Notes under the pieces: generated by a model
The model's database searches: none
Seen by the model: the letters and a program-made list of their open reading frames with translations, nothing else
What the model was told of the DNA's origin: nothing
Translations under genes and position numbers: made by a program
DNA from: a virus
Taxonomy: Duplodnaviria > Caudoviricetes
Reading direction: 5' to 3' (one strand)
IMG/VR virus record: IMGVR_UViG_3300038321_000080
Coordinates: 1-51,695 of that record
Length of the DNA: 51,695 bases
Shown here: one piece after another, positions 46,294 to 51,695 of the stretch
How the letters are laid out: every line of letters starts with the position of its first letter
Numbering within the stretch: the first letter of the stretch is position 1

Positions 46294-46938
46294 TTAACCT
46301 TTCATCAATATTTGTGTTTTTAATTTCAATAATTCTAGTTCTGCTTGAGAGTTGTCCAACTCCGACCTAGCATTATCCAATGCCTTTACTGCATTATCCA
46401 ATACAGCTTGATCTCTAGCATTTATATCAGCCCCACTATAAGCAGGGTAATTAACTGCACTTACTTCTCTTACTTTTTTTACTTTTACAATATGCCGTGT
46501 AGGCATATCCTTATCTAAATCAACCCATCTGTCCTCCTGCACGTAAAAAATAAAAGACATCCCATTGATGTCTCCACGTTTTACCGCACTATATAGATTT
46601 TTAGCTTCCGAATTGTTTTCTGTGTCTAAATCTGCCCTTACATACAATCCTTTGTTGTCTAAATTTAATTGCATTGTTGAGTTTCCGTTGTTTCTTCGAC
46701 TTCTCGCAAGAGGAATCTTTCCTAAATCATGGTTTACACTAAACAACACATCGTCAAAATCGCATTCGTCAAAAGCTCCTCTTTCTATAACTTCATAAAA
46801 ATAGCCTCCAATATTTGTTTTTTGATTATATACAGCTGCATGGCCTTCGATATAATTTTCATTTTCTGCTGCTTGCAAATCCTGCATACTAAAACTTCTA
46901 ATTACCATTTCATCTGTAGTAGGTAATTTCTTACTCAT
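46294..46938 (-). CDS. Prohead protease, HK97 family
   Basis: IEGHAAVYN, NHD, GMSF, EVSAVNYPAY. Confidence 0.93.
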   Translation of the reverse strand: MSKKLPTTDEMVIRSFSMQDLQAAENENYIEGHAAVYNQKTNIGGYFYEVIERGAFDECDFDDVLFSVNHDLGKIPLARSRRNNGNSTMQLNLDNKGLYVRADLDTENNSEAKNLYSAVKRGDINGMSFIFYVQEDRWVDLDKDMPTRHIVKVKKVREVSAVNYPAYSGADINARDQAVLDNAVKALDNARSELDNSQAELELLKLKTQILMKG

Positions 46939-48175
46939 CTAAATTTACCTCCTTTCTCGAACCTGCCCTTTTCATTTGATACTCATTTGCTAAAGTTGCA
47001 TCTATATAGTTTAAGCTCATAACTCTTACATCTCCACCCTCATAAGGTGGATATCCAAATACAGCTAATAAGTCATTGTTTGTCAGTGCTGCTCTATTAC
47101 CTAAAATATCCGCAACCGCTATTTTATTCTTTGTGTTAGTGAATAATAGCTTTTGCGGATAGAATACTATCTCATTGCCAAAATCAAGCTCCGTATCGGT
47201 AAATAAACATTTAGAAAATGCTTGGCCTAAGCTTATTATTAAAGGTTCTAATGTTTTTTCATAAAATGCTTGGTACTGTTCATCGTTGAAATCTCCACTT
47301 AAAATAGGCACTGACACGCCATAATAATTTAAAACTTTATTTTGTAAAAATTCTAAGGTATCCTTGTCTATTATTTTTGGATCTGGCTTTAAATTTATAT
47401 AATCCCCTTTCATATCCATAGGAAGTATTCCAGCTTTAGAACTCGTTATTGCATTTTCAAATTTAGTTATTTCTTTTTGCAAAGCTTCTTCATTCGTCAT
47501 AGTATTTATTTTTACTATTCCTCTTACTGTTAAACTGGTTTTTATAGCTTTCTCAAGACCTTGCAATACTGTATCATTTATTTGGAGTACCTTTAATAAG
47601 GCTTGATTATCTGGTTGCCCATTCATGCCTCCACCCATAACATCGTTTACGGAAAACTTTTTTCTAAGATGAATTAAATTTGAATAAGGTATAGTGAATT
47701 TGTCTCCACTAGCAAATCTCATTTCTAAAAATATTTTTCCTGTCGTATCTTGTAAGAATGTCACCAGCGTAGGGTTTAAAGGATAAAATCCAGTATAGTT
47801 TCTGGTTTGGTTTCCTCGCCCATCATCTTTTAACTCATAAGTAGGATAGATAAATACGTTGTAATTCATATAAAGCAACCAAATGATCTTTTCTATAAAA
47901 TCTCTAGTTGTCATCAGCTCGTTTGGTGCTACCTTAAACAGCCTGTTTATACGGCCTGTTACATTCTTTTGCATACCGTTTTTATCGGTCCTAATATGCT
48001 GAGGTTGTAACTTGCTACACTCTGTTGCTATAACATCTATACACATTTGCACTACATCAGAAGCGTAGATATTATGCCCAAATTGGCTAAATATAGGATT
48101 GTATCCATTCAAAAAGTTTGCATATTGTAGTTGCCTATCAACTTCTCTATTGCTTATTAAGCTTTCTAAAAGCAT
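46931..48175 (-). CDS. Portal protein, HK97 family
   Basis: Size, position, PNELMTTRDF motif. Confidence 0.92.
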   Translation of the reverse strand: MLLESLISNREVDRQLQYANFLNGYNPIFSQFGHNIYASDVVQMCIDVIATECSKLQPQHIRTDKNGMQKNVTGRINRLFKVAPNELMTTRDFIEKIIWLLYMNYNVFIYPTYELKDDGRGNQTRNYTGFYPLNPTLVTFLQDTTGKIFLEMRFASGDKFTIPYSNLIHLRKKFSVNDVMGGGMNGQPDNQALLKVLQINDTVLQGLEKAIKTSLTVRGIVKINTMTNEEALQKEITKFENAITSSKAGILPMDMKGDYINLKPDPKIIDKDTLEFLQNKVLNYYGVSVPILSGDFNDEQYQAFYEKTLEPLIISLGQAFSKCLFTDTELDFGNEIVFYPQKLLFTNTKNKIAVADILGNRAALTNNDLLAVFGYPPYEGGDVRVMSLNYIDATLANEYQMKRAGSRKEVNLDE

Positions 48176-48362
48176 TTGCTATCACCTTCTTTCTTGCAAT
48201 AAAAAAAGCAATTGCCAATAAGCAAATGCCTAATGCTATATGTGCTGCTGGTATATATATTTCATAAATTCCTTTATAGATAAGTCGAATTCCTAAAATT
48301 AGGAGGATATCACCAATAAATTCAGGTATTATTTTTAATATCTTCGATAGTTTCTTTTTCAT
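48147..48362 (-). CDS. Small membrane protein
   Basis: Two TM segments between terL and portal. Confidence 0.65.
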   Translation of the reverse strand: MKKKLSKILKIIPEFIGDILLILGIRLIYKGIYEIYIPAAHIALGICLLAIAFFIARKKVIANAFRKLNKQ

Positions 48363-48366
48363 TTAA

Positions 48367-51306
48367 TCACCTCCCGATCAATTCTAAGAATTCTGTTCTA
48401 TGATCGAAATATATTTTATAACAAATTCCCATAGTTACTGCGCCATCAATCTTTTTGTTTGGTTTCCCCTCAGGTTTCACTATTAATATTTCTTGCTTTG
48501 AATTAATGTTTAATGCTGCGTTTTCAAGGCACCATTTATCGATTGGATTATCGTTATATATTACCAAATTGCTTTTTAAATCAGCTTCTAACATTTTATA
48601 AGGGTTTGACAGTGTTCCGTGATCTTGATTTACTCTTTCCATATCAAAACCGTATTCCTCCATATCTTTAACAAAATATACTGCACTCCATTTGTCATAT
48701 CCTGTTAAAAACACCCTTATCCCATAGCTTTTGTATAAATCAATAAACCACTTAGTAACTAAACTAAAATCATTCTCATTCCCAGGAGAAACAGTTATTA
48801 ACTCATCTCTTATCCATTGTTCAAATTTAGGTTTATCTTCTCTAGGTAATTTTTCTATTTTAGATTCTGGTATAAAATATTGCTGATGAAAATACTTTTC
48901 TCGACTACCTGGTTTCATTAATAAAACTCTTGCACTACATAAGTCACCAGACCTAGCTAAATCTACTCCACCTATGCCAAACGAATTTCTAAATTTTTCT
49001 AATTCAAAAGTTACTTCGTTTTCTATATCCTCTAAAGTTAGCCAAGCAGATGAATTATTTTGCTTTATGTTGAAGTCTTTAGACAGTACAAATGCTCTAG
49101 TGGCTTTATTTGTTTTTGCTTCTTCAATCATCCCCCTTAAAAAGGACCATTTTTTTATTGAACCAAGTCCCGGATTACTCTTGAACCAAGTCTTTTCATC
49201 TTGCCATATTTCTCGTTCATTATCCTGTGTGTATATCCATATTAGCCATCTAGGTCTTTCTATTTCTCCATATAGCACTTTTCTAGCATCTTCTAACCTT
49301 TCATCCAGATATCCATTATTCACCATGCCCTCAGTTGTTAACTCAAAATATAGAGGTTCATCTTGCGTTGATAAAGCTTGTCTAATAGGCATTACCAAGG
49401 AATTATCTTTCATCTCATGAGCTTCATCTACTGCCCCTACTTTTATATTCCTTCCTTCCTTAGCTCCTGTTTTAGCAGATATTTTTCTTATACTCCCTTT
49501 GTTAGCGTATGAAAATTTGCCTTTGGTTTTTTTGTTTTTTGGATTCCCAAAGAATATGCCTTTTATATTACTTCTTGAAACCTTTTCCAATGCCGAACTT
49601 TCTTCTCTCATGGAATCAATAGCTTGAAACATTATGTCAGCTTGTTCATAATCGTTGCTACTGCAAAGAATTTTAGTTCCTCTCTCTCCGCAGAACCATT
49701 CAGCTAAACAAATGGCACTAATAAGGGGCGAATTATGCGTTACAGTCATTCTCTCTCCTGCTAGATAAAGGTTGTTAGGAGAATCTACCCCTATACATTT
49801 TGTTTGAACACTTTCAATTTCAGCAACATCAATAATGCTTTTGTTTTTCATTCTTGGGGCTAGATGTCCCTTGAGCCTTTCGTGTTTTCTCTTTAATTTA
49901 AAACAAGAGTTTGTTTTATCGCAATAAAAAAGAACTGAATACACAGTTCCCACTTCTTTGCCATTACATTTCGCTGTTTTTTCTCTAATTGTATGTTTTA
50001 TCCCTAATGAAGAAAGCAACTCACTGAAATTATTTATTATTATTTTGCTTTTCTGAACAAATTCGCATTGCCCTCTTTTATCAGCATATCCATCTGTATC
50101 CATTAATCCTTTTAGTAATTCCATTCTTTGCTTTATTGATGAATGGAGGTATATATTAGGTATATGTTTGTTGTTAAGTACGCCTAGTTCTTTTAATTGC
50201 TCTTTTATTGTAATATACTTTGAATCCCACTTTGGTCTTTCTGTTCCTGCCTTTCTCGCCCTGCGGAGTTCTTTTTCGCATACTAGACAAGTGCCATTAG
50301 TGCCTGTATGTTTGCTTTTTAAGTGACCTCTACGGCAATATTCTGTATTCTTCTTGTTTTTTAGTCTAATTCTAAGGTTTATATCTGCTCCGTTTTCTAT
50401 GCTAATATCAATTCCATCATCTTTTAAGTATTGTATAATTTCAATATCTTTAGAATTTACAGTTACTCTTGCATCACTTGATTCTCCATCTCCTAACCAC
50501 ACACCCAAAGTATACGGAGATACTAATAAATCTTTTTCCTTATATTTAACAGCTTCATTCATCGGTACTCTATATTTGTATTCTTTACCTTTTCCATCTT
50601 TTCTCACTCTTACAAAATCATTAACCATTTTTTCTGTTGTTATATCGAAGTACCCATTGTTATCTCTATAATCTGGTCTTAAAAGTTTTCTATCACTTTT
50701 TGGTTCATAATTCAATACTCTCCTGCTATTTTTAGTCATAACAGTCCATACATGATTAGCATCTGCAACTATAGTTTCTCCATCTTCAAACGTTACTTTA
50801 TAACACTTATGGTCAGTAAATATTCTAGATGTTCTAATAATTTTGGTTGCATTGCCTTTTTCGTCAAATACATAATCCCCAACATCTAATTCACTCATCC
50901 TTTTCCAACCTGTTGGTGTTGGAATTGGAGTATTGATATCTAAAGCTTTCCCATTTTTCCTACCAACCAGATATAGTATTTCTTGGTATAATCTTACAAG
51001 TCCTTCAACCTCTTCGTCGTATATTTTAAAAATGTATATAGCTTCAATGAATGCTTTTTGAAATAACTCCAAAATAAAAGGTTTCCCAGCAAAGGGAGCC
51101 TCAAAGTGTTTACATTTAGTTTCTATGAATTTTATTCTTTTGTGAGCGTCTTTAAAATCTATTGTTATTGAAGGATCATCAAAATGTTCTACTAATCTAT
51201 TTAGACACAATATCATTTCATGACCTACTATTATTTCTCCACTTTTGCATTTGTTTATATATTCAACTAGCCATGAATGCACTCCGTTAATATTCTCATT
51301 TAACAT
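48367..51306 (-). CDS. terL: Terminase large subunit, intein-containing
   Basis: GRKNGK|S Walker A, VDEAH Walker B, GVDLA, KIDG nuclease motifs; 574 aa after splicing. Confidence 0.95.
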   Translation of the reverse strand: MLNENINGVHSWLVEYINKCKSGEIIVGHEMILCLNRLVEHFDDPSITIDFKDAHKRIKFIETKCKHFEAPFAGKPFILELFQKAFIEAIYIFKIYDEEVEGLVRLYQEILYLVGRKNGKALDINTPIPTPTGWKRMSELDVGDYVFDEKGNATKIIRTSRIFTDHKCYKVTFEDGETIVADANHVWTVMTKNSRRVLNYEPKSDRKLLRPDYRDNNGYFDITTEKMVNDFVRVRKDGKGKEYKYRVPMNEAVKYKEKDLLVSPYTLGVWLGDGESSDARVTVNSKDIEIIQYLKDDGIDISIENGADINLRIRLKNKKNTEYCRRGHLKSKHTGTNGTCLVCEKELRRARKAGTERPKWDSKYITIKEQLKELGVLNNKHIPNIYLHSSIKQRMELLKGLMDTDGYADKRGQCEFVQKSKIIINNFSELLSSLGIKHTIREKTAKCNGKEVGTVYSVLFYCDKTNSCFKLKRKHERLKGHLAPRMKNKSIIDVAEIESVQTKCIGVDSPNNLYLAGERMTVTHNSPLISAICLAEWFCGERGTKILCSSNDYEQADIMFQAIDSMREESSALEKVSRSNIKGIFFGNPKNKKTKGKFSYANKGSIRKISAKTGAKEGRNIKVGAVDEAHEMKDNSLVMPIRQALSTQDEPLYFELTTEGMVNNGYLDERLEDARKVLYGEIERPRWLIWIYTQDNEREIWQDEKTWFKSNPGLGSIKKWSFLRGMIEEAKTNKATRAFVLSKDFNIKQNNSSAWLTLEDIENEVTFELEKFRNSFGIGGVDLARSGDLCSARVLLMKPGSREKYFHQQYFIPESKIEKLPREDKPKFEQWIRDELITVSPGNENDFSLVTKWFIDLYKSYGIRVFLTGYDKWSAVYFVKDMEEYGFDMERVNQDHGTLSNPYKMLEADLKSNLVIYNDNPIDKWCLENAALNINSKQEILIVKPEGKPNKKIDGAVTMGICYKIYFDHRTEFLELIGR
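49732..50946 (-). mobile_element. Class-3 intein (405 aa) with LAGLIDADG endonuclease
   Basis: Starts ALDINTPIPTPTGW, ends VTHN|S; NHVW, TKCIGV, LGVWLGDG, LKGLMDTDG. Confidence 0.92.
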
Positions 51307-51314
51307 TTAATCAC

Positions 51315-51641
51315 CTATTCAAACTCTTCTAGTTCATCATCATCCTCAATCATATTTTTACTTAACACTGCATTTAAAGCTTTTATTACTACAGAATAGC
51401 TGTTTATATTTTTCAAATATTGTTTTGCTGCCTCTATAGGCTTTTGCATATCTGGATAGTTAGGGTGTACCTTAACCATTCCTGTATCTTTTAATATATT
51501 TTTTAAATCATAATTTTCAGCTTTTAAGAATGCTGCATCTTCAATTAAGCCTTCAACTAATTTTCTTTTATCTTCTTCTACATTTTCAAATATTTCGTTC
51601 AGTTTGTTTAATTCTTCTTCATATACTTTTTGTTTGGACAT
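51315..51641 (-). CDS. terS: Terminase small subunit
   Basis: Immediately upstream of terL; size and acidic tail. Confidence 0.8.
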   Translation of the reverse strand: MSKQKVYEEELNKLNEIFENVEEDKRKLVEGLIEDAAFLKAENYDLKNILKDTGMVKVHPNYPDMQKPIEAAKQYLKNINSYSVVIKALNAVLSKNMIEDDDELEEFE

Positions 51642-51695
51642 TTTTCAAAACCCCTCAACTGAATTTCAATTTTTTTGGTCTGTGTCTTTCCTATA

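Larger units (their letters stand above)
1..51695 (-). mobile_element. Temperate siphophage genome (HK97-type head), near complete, non-integrated gene order
   Basis: Canonical packaging-head-tail-lysis-integrase-cI/cro-replication-RinA order; internal integrase followed by an intact attP-like region; no host genes. Confidence 0.95.

Noticed and set aside
465-50671. Many plus-strand ORFs in the track (e.g. 465..701, 39182..39703, 48974..49420)
   Set aside because: Ser/Leu/Phe/Ile-rich antisense shadows of minus-strand genes, with no RBS
51642-51695. cos site
   Set aside because: The context suggests cos lies just beyond the window edge, but no cohesive-end sequence is identifiable here

Overview
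The window is a near-complete (~52 kb) temperate siphophage genome from a low-GC Firmicute (Clostridia/Tissierellia-like, inferred from AT richness, GGAGG ribosome-binding sites and gene content). It is encoded almost entirely on the minus strand. Reading right to left: small terminase; large terminase with a class-3 intein; HK97-type portal, protease and capsid; head-tail and tail genes with a -1 frameshift chaperone and two morons; tape measure, baseplate and receptor-binding genes; lysis cassette; a ~10 kb accessory module; an intact attP with tyrosine integrase, HIRAN protein and cI/cro switch; early recombination and replication genes; two further DNA methyltransferases; a RinA-type late activator; and tRNA-Ser(GCU). 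The accessory module encodes a HARP-like protein, a SNF2 ATPase, a degenerate SNF2 paralogue, a PAPS-reductase-like/IbrA protein, a ParB-like/IbrB protein and an amino-methyltransferase. It has its own consensus promoter and is bracketed by degenerate hairpin-forming direct repeats. The integrase and attP are internal and no host genes are visible, so this is the virion/excised arrangement, opened close to the presumed cos site. The best candidates for new biology are (1) the SNF2-PAPS reductase-ParB-methylase module and (2) a regulated PD-(D/E)XK endonuclease cassette that splits a DNA methyltransferase gene at its catalytic motif and supplies a replacement 5' end. All family calls come from motifs recognised by eye; no database searches were run.
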